From the human T2T-CHM13v2.0 reference genome, Homo sapiens: a stretch of 64,000 nt of DNA. Below, one piece after another: positions 1 to 12,570 of this stretch. The stretch lies in NCBI RefSeq assembly GCF_009914755.1, contig NC_060927.1. One strand, 5' to 3'. Position numbers and translations under genes: made by a program. Position 1 is the first letter of the stretch. Each line of letters begins with the position of its first letter. The notes under the pieces are model-generated. The model searched no databases. It saw nothing but the letters and a program-made list of their open reading frames with translations, and was not told where the DNA came from.

Positions 1-458
1 AACAGCTGGCTTGGAGTGTTTCAGTGTTTCGTTGGCTGGCAGCGCAAATTTAGTATAGTAACAAAAAAGTTAACGCAAGGCAGCCTTTATGCGTTAGTCT
101 TAAAGTATATTATGCCAGTCTCAAGTTGGGACTTGTGAAAGCTGGTCTTACCTAACATTCCAAAAGGGAAGTAATACATGTTTAGTCATGAAAAAAGTGT
201 AACACTTTGATGCAAAGAGCAGCTAACAGCCAGCCCATAGCTTTATTATTGTTCACATAATCGAAAGGTAAACCAGCATAGTTTTTTTCCTGCTGGTTTT
301 TATAGCAAGTCTCACATTTCATAAAAGCCCCGGGAATCTTCATAGCGATAATTTCCTTTCCACTTCATTGGAAAATCCTGTTAAATGCAGGGCACTCTTT
401 TATTAATTTTGTTTAGCCATTACAAACCCCAAATTTATTTTAAATACAGAACATCCAG

Positions 459-469
459 GTGTGTGTGTG

Positions 470-506
<37 letters not shown>
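459..506. repeat. (GT)n microsatellite, about 24 units with one GC interruption
   Basis: Read directly. Confidence 0.97.
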
Positions 507-507
<1 letters not shown>

Positions 508-1794
508 GGCCACCAGAAAACTTTAAAAAATTTTGTTTTGTTTTTATACTAGGGTGATTTTTTTCCTTCTAACATTATTTTTAAAGGTATTAAGACTACA
601 AACAAATTGAAAGAATTGTTCAACTAGATTTCATCTAGATTTATAAATTGTTACTGTTTTTCACATATACTCTTCCCCACTCCAACATATTTACTGACGA
701 CAGTAAAATGTCAGATTATGAGCAGTACCTCATTTATTATTTATGAATCATCATGAAAAATGGCAAAATCTGCATAGCATAACTCTTTACTCAAAATACA
801 ACAAACTGGCAACAAACTAAACCAAACATATTTGGTTTAGTCACAGAAATTCAAATGAGGATTCCCGTAATCTTACTGATTTTTCAAAATATATTCTTAA
901 AGAGACAGGGGCGCTCAAGGAGAAAAAGTGTCACATCTTCGAAGGAATTAAAATAGGTAAGATTACTCATAAGCCTTTCTCCGTCCTGAAATGAACTCTT
1001 TATTCTGTTTTCTCATGTTTTTGATATGAGACATTGAGCAAATGTATTACCAAGGCTTACCTTGGTTTCTAGTGGTTTCTCCATGGCATATGACTTTTTC
1101 CTCCCTTCTTTCTTTGGCTTTTCTGCATTGGTGTGGACCTGGGGACAGTGTTTCCTCCCAGTGTTGGTAGGCATAGTATTTGTGTTATAATCTCATTTTT
1201 CTGTATCACTAATCTCAGATGTATCTGTTTCTTCTTAAGGAAAATGCACATATAAAGGGCGTCATAGTCCTTTATAGTACACTAACTTGTTATTACAAAA
1301 CAAAGACAAGCAGGGATCTAATTGCAACATAGCTCAAGGTGATCTCTCTTGAATGCCCGTGTTGGTCTTTTCCATGTGGCTGGAACATGCAACAAGGATT
1401 ATAGTAAAACCTTTGCCCAAGTCTTACTGTTCCATCTCTGTACACAAGTCTTTCTAATTGTGGCTCACATCCAGTAGCTGAGAACTTGTGCTGAGTATAA
1501 TTATTATAAGCCCTTTAATAGTCAGTCCTTTGACAAGATTGGTATCATTGGGTCCCTATGCTTGAATTACTGTGTTTAATCTGTCATTTGAAATTATTTG
1601 TATCTATCAGGTCTGCTTTACACGAAACACCTTTTTCTGGTATGAGAACTTCATTTGATTAAAGGGAAGGGGGATGGTTTGGAGATTGAGTCTGGAGATA
1701 AGGCTGCATCTCTGACTGTTGTCCTTTTACTGATACTCCTTCCTATGCTGGGCAACTTAATCTATCTCCTTGCTTTGTAAATCTTGCTTGTGCG

Positions 1795-2010
1795 AGAGGC
1801 AGTGTCCGGCTGTGACAAGACTAGTGATTGGGGTCAGGTAAACTCCAATTTGGAACATCTCCACTTAGCAGCTTTTTTTACTTTGGGCAAAGCATATCTT
1901 CTTCTGAAAATGAGCATGGCAATGCCTGCCATGTAGGGTTGTAAAGCTTAAATGAGGTAATCTATTCAGGATAAATATATACAGTGTAGTTCCACAGTGT
2001 TTGGAACTTG
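1795..2010 (+). mobile_element. MIR SINE fragment
   Basis: MIR core-like ttgggcaa...ctgaaaatgag...tagggttgtaaagcttaaatgaggtaat. Confidence 0.6.
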
Positions 2011-3199
2011 GTTGGCATTTAAGGGTACAGGAGCACTTTGTCTTTTGTCAGAAGGTGAAGGGAGAGCAAGCGAATGAATGGGGTGTCTGATGCATGGTGG
2101 AGTTGGAATGATATGCCTCAGCTTAGAAGTTAAGGTACATCCATAATTTTGGTTGCTTTTAGAAAGCTTCTGGTTTCCTATTAGTGACAAACTGATGATT
2201 GCTTGAAATGCTTTTTATAATCTTTTTTGTCAGTTTTTTTCTCCTGTAAAGAAGGAAGTTTGGACTTCTTTATTCCAGACTATCTGAAATTGTGGGAATC
2301 TATAAAAGCTGAGGTTAGAATATATGGGGAGAGAAGGGAGGTCGTCTCAGTAGGGTTACTGTGTTCAGGATAAAGCTTCATTCATTCACAGTTTGGGCAT
2401 TTTTGGACTTAGGAAACTCAGTTGTACAGTTAAATAGAATAAAAAAAGACTTAAAGACCAGTGACATTATGTGTATATATGATATAAAGTCAATACATAA
2501 AGCTAATATTTTTTTTAAAAAACCCAAAGCTATGAAAGCCTTCAGAAATACATTAGATACAATTAAGATCAACACCAGTAAGTAAAGTCATATACACACA
2601 TTTAACGTTTAAACTGAAGTTCAAAAATAAAGGTGGACATTCTGTTATTATGCCTCAGGATGTTATATTTGTCAGTTTGAGTTGTATTACAAGAGTGGCA
2701 AAAGTTCACATGCTGAGTAAGTTATGTAATTTTTAAAGAACTAGTTTACTTCCTTAAGTCTTAAATTTAATTTCCTTTCTCTTTCATATTATCTTGCCTT
2801 TTTCTTTCCCTTTTATCACTCCCCCCAATTGTCTCAACTTCCATTCCTACCATTTTCTCTTAGTGTCCCCATCTCTCCTTTCCTCTGACTTCCTTTCTTC
2901 CCATCTTATTTTTTTCTATAAGGACTTCATATTAGAATGAGAATGGAGGCAAGGAAGCAGAAACCCGGGTTACATGGATATTGAAAATATTGATACACCC
3001 AGTTTCTGACCAAGGCTGAGTTCTCTGGCCTGTGTGGTTGCACCCAACTGTTTGATTTGTACTTCTCTGTTAGCTATTTCACATGGAACATGTTCACTAT
3101 GCACATCATAGCATAGAAAGGAATTATTCTACATGTTCATAGAAATCCCTGGGAAAAGCCTAACTAATATAAAAGCTGATTTGTTTCTCCCTGGAAGTC

Positions 3200-3496
3200 T
3201 TTTGAGGCAGGGTCTTGCTCTGTCATCCAGGCTGGAGTGCAGTGGTGTGATCATGGCCCACTGCAACCTCAACCTCCTGGACTCAAGTGATTCTCACACT
3301 TTTGCCTCCCGAGTTGCTGGGACTACAGGTGCATGCCACCAGGCCCAGGTAATTTTTTTTTTATTTTTTTATTTTTTGTAGAGTTGCGGTTTTACCATGT
3401 TGTCCAGGCTGGTCTCAAACTCCTGGGCTCAAGCAATTCACCTGCCTTGGCCTCCCAAAATGCTGGGATTATAGGTGTGAGCTACTGCATCTGGCG
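3200..3496 (-). mobile_element. AluJ
   Basis: Full dimer in antisense with old diagnostic ctcctgggctcaagcaat and CpG decay. Confidence 0.9.
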
Positions 3497-3559
3497 CCCC
3501 ATGGAACTCTTTTAAACTGACTTATCCATTATGGGAAGATAAGGGTTGCTTCTACTTCC

Positions 3560-4825
3560 TCACTTCCCATTCACAAACTGGAGCTCACCCCACTTCCACC
3601 TCAGAGTTATCGTTGACCTTATAGTTGTAGATTCATCACTTTTGACTAAATTTAGAGTGTATAATTCTGTTGGCTATCTCTTCCTCCTTGAATCTCTCTT
3701 GTTCCTTGGTATTCAGTACACTGGACTTCCTGATTCTCCTTTTCTACTAACACTACCCACTCCTCCCAGTTCCAAGGCATCATCCCCTGTTCCTCTTCTG
3801 TCTGTTGTGACCATGAGACCTGTGTAGTATGGCCTCTGGGGTTCTCATCTCATTCCTTTTTCTCTCCCTGTCTCAAAAAAGATTATTCCCTAGACCTCTA
3901 ATCTTAGTCCTATTTTTGGAGCCTGGGTCCATATTTTGGCCCAGCTGTGGGCTCTTTGACCCTAGCTCTTTCACTGATACCTCAAATGGAACATACCCCA
4001 AATCCACTTCTGTGATGATGACCTAGCAAATCGTTCAAGCTAACGATCCTGAGAGAAATCAACCCTCAATTCGAGGAGAAGGGGGTGGAGGCATTATGGA
4101 TCCCATTGCTAATATATTTTACATGTTAACCACATGTTTTACATAGAGTCCCCCACTTTCAATGGTCTTGGACTCTGAACTTAAAACCTCTCTCCCTGAG
4201 AATGTCTGGAAGGTCCATGTCAGATGTTTTCCCCATCATTCTTGCCTGCATACATGGAAAGCCTCTTTAATTGACCTGGCCTCACTGGCTCTTCCTTCAG
4301 TCTAGAATCATCCTATAGTTGGTCAATTGATTTTCCTAAAGCACAGCCCAGAACATGTGGTTCTTCACCTTAGAAACCTTCAACGACTCATTAGTGAAGA
4401 CTAGATGTCCCAGTACAGTGCTTGGCTGTACAGTCCTGCATCTCTGTCCCAAATGTATTCCCTATGTCATGTGCTGTAGGCTCAGGCCCCCTGCAACCCT
4501 CACGCTCCAACCACAGCACAGTTCCACCCCTACCTGAGCCTGCCTTGAAACTGCTTATTGTGCCGCAGGGTTCCCTTTTGAATGCTCTGTTTTCTTCAAG
4601 TTCCAGTTCAAATTTCCATCTCCTGTGAACCCTTCTTCATTTTCTCCATGTGGAATGAATTGCCTATTCCTTTGAACTTCTGTGGTGTGTCTCTCACACC
4701 TCTTATCACATCTTGAGTCATTATGATCTGTGTTCCTTACCAGTGTTCACCTTCTAGAGATGCAAAAGGCCCTGTACCCAAGTTGATGATGAAGGAATGA
4801 CTGGCTAAATGAACAAATGAATCCA
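3560..4825 (+). mobile_element. Degenerate L2 fragments
   Basis: C/T-rich L2-like text ending in a gaatga...aatgaacaaatgaat tail; edges uncertain. Confidence 0.5.
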
Positions 4826-5024
4826 CTATTGGGGAGTTTACTCCCCCTGAGCTCTCAAGTGCTGGAGGGACCCCTGAAGTAATTGTAGGTGCCACTATTG
4901 CACCATTCATACCCCTGAGGTTGTTGAAGCCCATTCGTGTTGAGACTTCTCTCTTCCCCTCTAAGAAGCCTCCTCATTCTCCCTAGTGGGGCCTTTGAGG
5001 AATTCTGCTAAGTCTGACAGGACA

Positions 5025-5290
5025 GAGAGGCAGTGACCAGAGCAGTTGAGGTGCTGGTCTTGAGACCACCTTCCTGGGTTTCAGTCCCAGCTCTGCCCCA
5101 TTTGTTGGTGAGTGATGTGCACCATGGGCAAGGTGTATGTTTACTTTGTGCTTCAGTTTTGTTCCTATTTTTAACTAGAGAGCCTAGTAGTATTTGTCTC
5201 ATAAGATTGTAGTAAGAATTAGAAAAATGATAATCTTTGTAAAGAGCCTGGCACACAGCAGGCATTCAGGAAATGAGTGTGAGCTGCTTG
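5025..5290 (+). mobile_element. MIR
   Basis: cctgggtttcagtcccagctctgcc...tgtaaagagcctggcacacagcaggcattcaggaaatg. Confidence 0.7.
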
Positions 5291-5494
5291 GGTAAGGTCC
5301 TGGGAGGTTCTTGTTAGCCTCTAGGTCAGGGCTTATTACCTGGCAGCATCTGGGCTGGTTACTACCCACACAGAAACGTATCGTTTTTGTGGGGTCAGGG
5401 AGCATGGGGGTGGCTACGGAAGTTTTGTAAATAACAGGAAATATAGCATGGGAGACTGGAATTGTGAATTCACTTGAGAAAATTAGACCTGAGG

Positions 5495-5690
5495 TTGTAA
5501 ATACAGTTGTTAAGAATATGGGCTTAGAAGCCACGTCTCAATTAAAGCCCCATTCCTGCAGATGGCAAGCTCTGTGACCTCATGCAAGTTACTTAGCCTT
5601 TCTGTTTCTCAACTTCTTGATCTCTAAAATGAAGATAATAAGCATTTCATAGCCTGCCTGGGATTATTAAAGGAGGCAGATGTGCTGCTT
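5495..5690 (+). mobile_element. MIR
   Basis: gctctgtgacctcatgcaagttacttagcctttctgtttctc...tctctaaaatgaagataata. Confidence 0.7.
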
Positions 5691-6512
5691 TGTTGTTTTG
5701 ATGGTTCTAGCAATGTGTATTTGGAGAATCTCTCCAGCCGATTCCGGTAGCCACTAAAATTTGCAAACTAATATGGCACATGTGTTCTGTATTCATATTT
5801 CCTACATTTGGTTTCTATGTAAAATTTCAAATGTTGAGATGTGTTTCTGGGTGCTTCAAATGATTTGTAAATTCTGCACTTTCCTTAGTAGGGCTACTGT
5901 CTTCTAAGTATGTTTTTTCTTAAATAATAGATAATACTGACTTTGGGTTTTTTTGCTCTGGATATTCTGTTAATATCTGTGTGAACTTTGATTTGTTAAT
6001 TTGCTGAAGGAATACAGTTTATGTCGGGGTAAGAGTTAAGTATTTTAGAAAGAATACCTTGGAAAGTTATGAAAGGCAAAAGCTTTTAAATGGATATGGA
6101 ATGTAAGAAATAATGGGATTAATAAGATTGAATGATTGTTTTATAAGTTATGACATAATGACTTTATCTACCTTTTGGCTTCCATGAATTGAGAATTCTC
6201 ACTCCTTCTCTGCCTCATCCTTTCCACTTTACAGTTATCTTCCTTGGTTTCTCAAGAATTCTTCCGAGTGTGGGAACTTCACTCCCTTCAACCCCTCTCT
6301 TTTCTTGAAGGTTATTGGGAAGATCTTATCCTATTTATTTGTACAAGTAATTACATTTTAACTTTTGACAAAAGCCTTTGTATTCTGAGCTCACATATTC
6401 TATCAGTCCAAAGCTATTATTTTCTTTTATTCTTTTTGGTGTATCATTTATGACTATATTGTAGCATCTTGTTTTTTTTAATATTTTAGAACTTAGTATT
6501 TGTGATTGCTAG

Positions 6513-6578
6513 TTTAGGAAGTTCTTCATTTTGTGAAAGTGATTTTAGGAAGTTCTTCATTTTGTGAAAGTGATTTTA
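6513..6578. repeat. Perfect 31-bp tandem duplication
   Basis: tttaggaagttcttcattttgtgaaagtgat x2 plus ttta. Confidence 0.95.
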
Positions 6579-7319
6579 AGATCTCTCTACTATGCCTCTT
6601 CACCACGTTCTTGATGTAATAGATTATTTTATTCTACAGATCAGGCACTCTGCCTTTGAGTGGAATATTATAATGGAATGAAATATTTGTATTTATGGAT
6701 GACAGATTTGGTCTTGGAATTTATCTTGAAAGATCTTTCCCAAAAATTGTATACTTTAGGTGTACCCACATTAAGTAGAGATTGAAATTGTCATTAGAGG
6801 CAAAATACACAGGTTACCCCACCAGACATACCTGGCTGTTTAACAAGGGTAGCTTGGATGCAGTTATTTACATGATTATAGTCTATTTGTGATTGTGTAA
6901 TGTACTCAGTAGAGGTAATATGGATTTAGTGGCATCCCTAATAGTAATGATTATTTAATTCTTTTATCAGAGAGAATGAAGATCAGACATCAAGAGTACT
7001 TTCTAAAGGTGTTTGTTATATTCACAGTTACAAATTTTACTTAACCATTATCAATAGTGCATAGCTAAAGGATTTTGTCAATAGCTTTAAAACTTTGGAT
7101 TTGGCTATTCCATGATCCTCCTGTTGTCATGATCATTCACTAGTGACCCCAGGAGCACCACAATTTTCAGGCCCTACATACATGTTATAGGAGAGTGGAC
7201 AGAGCTTGAGCTTTCATTTCAAGAAATTTATGTTGTCTTTGGATAATAAAAACATCAATGAGAATTGGCTTCCCTTTTGCTTCTCTAATACATAAAATAA
7301 ACCAAATGGGCTTTATTTT

Positions 7320-7760
7320 ATCAAACATTTATTGATTGCACAATGAAACAATCTCTCCTTTCAGATATATACATCAGTTACTAAAAGAGTAGATACAAAG
7401 GTCAGGAAGTAATTACAATGCAATGTGATAAGTTTAATAATATAGGTGTGACAGCATACAGAGGAGGGGGTGATTGGGTTTGAGGTGATGGTGGGATATT
7501 GGCCAGGTAATATTTCATGGACCAAGTGATGACAACATAGGGTTTCACAGATGGATAAGAGTCTTCCAAGTGTACCAGGGGGAAATATACATGTGTGGTG
7601 CCAAAACAGAGTATGGCATTTTCTGAAAGTTAGAAATTTATACAAGAGTATAAAGTTCAAGAGATGGATAAGTAGCTAGGAGGTAAGGCCAGAAAGGTAG
7701 GCAAGTTCTAGGGCCTTTGAGGCCATGGAAGAAAACGTGGGCTTCACCCTACGATGGTCG
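7320..7760 (-). mobile_element. L2 3' fragment forming the distal P2RY13 3'UTR
   Basis: aacatttattga...aattacaatgcaatgtgataag...cagaggagggg, typical of antisense-read L2 3' ends. Confidence 0.55.
7328..7333 (-). terminator. P2RY13: Likely P2RY13 poly(A) signal (AATAAA)
   Basis: tttatt on + strand about 1.66 kb past the stop; a second copy at 7312-7317. Confidence 0.65.
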
Positions 7761-8991
7761 TGTTGGAGCTCGTGGCACATTTACAGAGCTTAACTACTCC
7801 TTTATGTATTTTTTCTAGAAGATGTAGACTCTTATCCATCATTTCAGAAAGCCACATTTTACTTTTTTGAATCACAGAAGGATGCAAGAAAAAATACCAA
7901 GGTAAATAAATACAAGCAGGGTCACCATCCTTTGAAAAATCTCCCAATATGGATGTTACTGATTGTGGGTCAGCAATTACGTCTTTGTATGTATCGAGAA
8001 TAGCAATTCTATTTAAAACATCTGTAGACCATGGACTGTAGGTCGTATTATGGGAGATACCAAGAAAATCTGGCATGTCTGTCTCTCAAGAAGCTTTAAC
8101 ATTTTTAGCGGATGTAGTCAAGAATATAGCTAACTAGAAAAGGGAGATCTGCATTGAGAACCCTATCACACACCCAAACAGTAGAAGTATTTGTTTTTAA
8201 TGAGGAGGGTGGGGCAGGGGGATAGGGGTTGTGGTCCAGGAAGGCATTGCTGAGTAGGTGCCATGTTTAACCATCATTAGAGTATTTGCTGGACAGAAGG
8301 AGAATTCCAAAGAATAGTTAACACAGCATTCTCACACTTGAATTGTACACACTTAAGGTGTAAGCAAAGTGGCTTAATAATGGTGCTTGTGCCTCCTATG
8401 GTATATTATTGTAATGTGAAAGAGGCTGTTTGTAATTGTAAGGAGAAAATCCTTTACCCAGGATTTCAGAGGTCTTGCTGACCCACTTCAGTTCCTCAGA
8501 CTCTTCAAGTCTGCATCCCTTTCAACCCCTGGCTGCAGTTTTCAGCAATGGACTTCAAGAGTTGGGCGTTTTTTTTTTCTTTCAGCACATATCTACATTT
8601 AAGGGGCACAAAAGCAGTAGTGTTATGTGAATTGTGGAAAAGAATGTGAGAAGGTGTTTGGAGGGGAGGTTTGTAGGGATATACGTTTCTCCTTAGTCTT
8701 TTCCAAAATGTTAAAGTGAAATGCTCTTGAAATTAAAAAAAAAAAAAAAAGAAAGAAAGAAATAATGACCTCTAGTGGCCATTTGTATCCTGTTGCATTC
8801 TCTTAGTAATGGTTCATTCAGCTTATGAATAGATCTATGTGGATTTAAATTTTATATAATCTTTTCTGTACACCAGGATAATAAAATGTAAGAGAGCATT
8901 TGTTCCAATCTTTTTTTCTTGGTTAAATTTGATTTCCACATTATCTACGGAAGTCTCATCAATAAATAGAAGTTAACCCTATGTACAGTTG

Positions 8992-10008
8992 TCAGCCTAA
9001 GGTTATGTTGTCTGTCTGACTGCTATGATTTTCTTGGCTTGATGCTGTGGTCTTTCTCCCTTGCATACATGGTAGCTTTTCTGTGAATTTTTTACATAAG
9101 AATATGTATATTAAGGGATCCATACAAATGTTAGTTGCTGCCAAAAAGAGAGTTGTTTCTTTAGCAATAAACAGTTGATTTTGCAGTCTACAGTCAGTCT
9201 TATTGTTGGTTTGACTGTGAGTATATGGAACTCTGGCAAAATGAAATGGAGCAAAACACACAAAGAAGACAGCCACGACAACAAATACTTTGCCTTCCAG
9301 CTTTTTGTTGTTTTTTCTGTCCTTACTTTTGGACTTTCTATAAGAATCATATACTTTTTTTGCAATAACCACATAAAACACAAGCATTAGGATAAAAACA
9401 GTCCAGAAAATAAACTGGCATATGTTATTTACCATTTGATGCCATTTCAGCCCCAGAGGCCCCTTTAAGGAAGCACACTTTTTCACAGACGATGGTGTTG
9501 CTTCCTTGTTGCTCAAGATCATATTTGGCAGGGAGATGAAGAACAAAAAGAACCAGATGAAGATTGAGACCGTTTTTGCAAAAACAGGTTTTTTTAGAAA
9601 AATATTTCTCAAAGGTCTGATGATCTTGAGGAATCTGTCAAAGGCTATGAGCCCTAACAGCACGATGCCCACATACATGGTCTCATAAAATATCACCGAA
9701 GAAAAACGACACACAAAAGCTCTGAGCTGCCAGGGTGCCAGGTGTGAGTCAGAGAGGATTTTGAAAGGAAGCATGAGTGTCATTATCAAGTCGGCCACCA
9801 AAGTGTTTTTGAGGTAGATGATGAAGGTGGAGGAGCTGGGGATGTGAACAAACACCCACAGAGCCAAAGTATTCAGCAGGATGCCGGTCAAGAAAACCAC
9901 TGTGTAGAGGGCTGGGAATACCAGCTGTACTATCCGAGTGTCTCTGGGGCACCGCTCAGATCTGTTGAAGCCTTGCATCACTGTGGTGTTCATTGCTTCC
10001 AGTGTCAC
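8992..10008 (-). CDS. P2RY13: P2Y purinoceptor 13, coding exon 2 (Val17 to stop)
   Basis: 7TM class A GPCR frame (GxxxN, Lxx[24 protein letters not shown]). Acceptor ...tttattggtaacAG at 10010-10009. The ORF-track 'M' at 10008 is a GTG (Val) at the exon start. Confidence 0.98.
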
Positions 10009-10481
10009 CTGTTACCAATAAACATATATACAAACAAAAGAAAACAAAAAGCCCTTCATGATTTTCAAATGCTATTTTTTAAAAACAGACTTTATGTTTA
10101 TAGCATATTAACATCCTGCATTTATCCAACACTTTCAATAGATGTGTTGAAAAGGAAAATACTGTTTTCTGGCTAGAATTTTTAAAGCATATAATACATT
10201 TTTGGTACTTTTAACAGTACCATTACTTTCACATCCTTGTGAAATCCAAATAACAGGTTCTGCCTCATTCACAGGTGCTACTGTTAGCCATAAAACAAAA
10301 CACTGTTTAAGAGATAATAATACATTATTATTACTAATACATCAGATTGCTGTAAATTATGTAATTTCTTATGCTCATAAACTATGGTTTGTAGAATATT
10401 AACTTTAAAGCACCTTTTTTCCCTTAAGCATATTCTTTTATATAAGCAAGCACACTCATAATAACAAAAATTGAAATTCAC

Positions 10482-10529
10482 CTTTGGGAGGATACTCAGT
10501 TCTCTCTGTCTTCTTATGGCGGCAGTCAT
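10482..10529 (-). CDS. P2RY13: P2Y purinoceptor 13, coding exon 1 (MTAAIRRQRELSILPK)
   Basis: ATG at 10529; donor AAG|GTGAAT at 10481. Phase 0 join to exon 2 gives 354 aa; intron 473 nt. Confidence 0.93.
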
Positions 10530-10544
10530 TAGTTCAGCCTACAA

Positions 10545-10730
10545 ATGAGCATGTGAAGCAAATGTTCTGCTTTCTTATAGTGGATTTCCTTCCTTATTTT
10601 TACTTATGTAATGTGACCCATTAGAACCTCTTCATATTTAGACCTTTGGGACATTTGCTAATACTCTATTTTAGTTCAAACTTTCATACTGTTAATCTGT
10701 GACTTGAATAAAGAAGCTTATTTGCAATTA
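10545..10730 (-). promoter_or_regulatory. P2RY13: P2RY13 proximal promoter
   Basis: TATA-like TATAAGAA (10579-10572), tandem GGAA ETS cores (about 10586-10595), C/EBP-like TTATGTAAT (10604-10612) and TTGCAAT (10722-10728) just upstream of the ATG. Confidence 0.55.
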
Positions 10731-11024
10731 TCTTTAAATTTCTTCATAACTTTCTTGAAGTTTATCTTCTTGATCTGCATGTTCAGTGAACTTTTTGAGT
10801 GCCTCTTGTATATAGTGGAAAGTAGAAAGATGAAGAAAATAGTCCCAAATTACAATCAAGTAGGAGAATAAGACTACCTAAAATCAGACAGAATAATCTT
10901 CTGTATCCTTGTAAACTGGATTTTCCAGTAATTTGTGTTCAGGAAGACGGTATGTTTATTTTTGTAGGTATTTGACTTAGTCTTCTGGTTTGGGGATCTC
11001 TGAGAGTTAACATGATGTTTTCTG

Positions 11025-11250
11025 AGAGGTGAAGACTATTAGATCCAGATTTTTGGAGTTAGAATCCCAGTTCCACCAATTAATTGGGATTAGATTATAG
11101 ATAAATGATTCAACAGCTCTGTGTCTCAATTTCCTCATCTGTGTAATGGGTTTGAAAATAGTATCTAACACACTGTGTTATTAAGAATGAATTGGTTGCC
11201 TGGAATAGTGCTTGACATATAGGAGGCACTAAAAAATGTTAGCCACTTTT
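11025..11250 (+). mobile_element. MIR
   Basis: aatcccagttccacca...ctctgtgtctcaatttcctcatctgtgtaatggg. Confidence 0.75.
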
Positions 11251-12324
11251 AGTGGCTTTTAGTCCCATTGCCATGGGAATGAATTGCAAATCCAGATAGA
11301 GATATTATACTCTTTCACTTAGTAGAGGGCCATTTTTAGAAATCTTTTTTGTATTTGGTGTATTTCGAGTGCAGAGGACTTCAGGAATTTCATCAATCAA
11401 CATTGGGCCAATATCTGTGCATTTTTTTTGCTTTAATTCTCTTCAAGTTTGAAAGATGTAATGGTGCTTTTGCATAGAGAAAGTTGTTGTCCATGGCAGA
11501 AATCTACTTGCCAGGTAGGCATAGGAAAAGCGGAAATTAGGAGATCTTACGGAGGATGTGGAGTTCATGGTGAGTTTCATTTCATGTTTCTTGCCACAAG
11601 TGTTACCATGGAGTTAGACGAGACTAGTGTTAGTTGATCACAAAGTTTTGGGTGACTTGGCTTTGAATTCTGAGAAGAAAAACTTAATATCCCCCTGGAC
11701 ATTTTAAAATATGAGGCAATACAGTGTCTAATAGTTTTGATTAGACTACCCAATAATGGCACAGTTTGAAAAATTTCTCTTTGACTGAAATAAATTAATC
11801 CTTGGGAGTATAGATTCAAGATTTCATTAATAGAACATACATGTATGTCTTAAACATAAATGTATATCTTTTTGTTTGCTTCAGCAGAGGAAAAAAAATC
11901 CTTTATTTCTTAAGTAGAGAAATTTAACCTACAAAATTAATTGTAAATTTTCCTATAGCCCCAAATCCATAATCTAAAGGAAGATCTGGAATAGTTTTTC
12001 TTTAAGCAAGATAAATTCTGTGCAGGATAATTTCATAATCTGAAAACTGGAAATCACTTCTTGGTCAAATTTCAAAACACTGAAGTGTGGGAAACTTTCC
12101 AAAGAGGAACTGACTTACAGTGCCTGTTTCTAGAGTTATGGAAATAGAGTCTCTTAAATGTGGTAGATGTCAAAGTGTTTGACTATAGTAAATATCCAAT
12201 AGATCATTCATTTCTATGTGTTTGTGCTTCTTATGTATTAGCTGATTTTTCCTTAGTTTACAGCAGCACTATTGCCTGCTGGGGAGGCCTTTTGCCCTTG
12301 AAGACACAGCTGAGAAGCTGCTCA

Positions 12325-12570
12325 GCAGAATGTTTAGGCGCCAGAGTGCCTGGGCTCAATTCCTTTTTCCAATTCTTTCTTTTCTTATGACCTTAGGCAA
12401 GCTGCTTATGCCCACTATGAAATGGTTGCCTTATCTTTACAATAAAAATAAATAATAGTATTTGCTTTACAGTGTTGTTAAAAGAATAAAATGAGTGAAC
12501 ATTCACCAGTGCTTAGAATAATGTCTGTCATGTGGTAGGTATCATGTAGGTTTCTTGTTAAATGAAATTG
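12325..12570 (+). mobile_element. MIR
   Basis: tgaccttaggcaagctgctta...agtgcttagaataatgtctgtcatgtggtagg. Confidence 0.65.

Noticed and set aside
1370-1400. CATG-containing p53-like half-sites toward the GPR87 side
   Set aside because: No two good RRRCWWGYYY decamers in tandem.
6513-6578. Direct repeats (also 44341-44422) as a CRISPR-like array
   Set aside because: Only two adjacent copies, no spacers, in mammalian intronic DNA.
8992-10008. 338-aa ORF starting at 10008 as the full P2RY13 protein
   Set aside because: The first codon is GTG at a splice acceptor; real starts are ATG 10529 (exon 1) or ATG 9993.
10951-10975. Possible recursive AG|GT sites in the giant MED12L intron (also about 22270)
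   Set aside because: The donor halves (GTATTT, GTGAAA) are far from the GTAAG typical of validated recursive sites.
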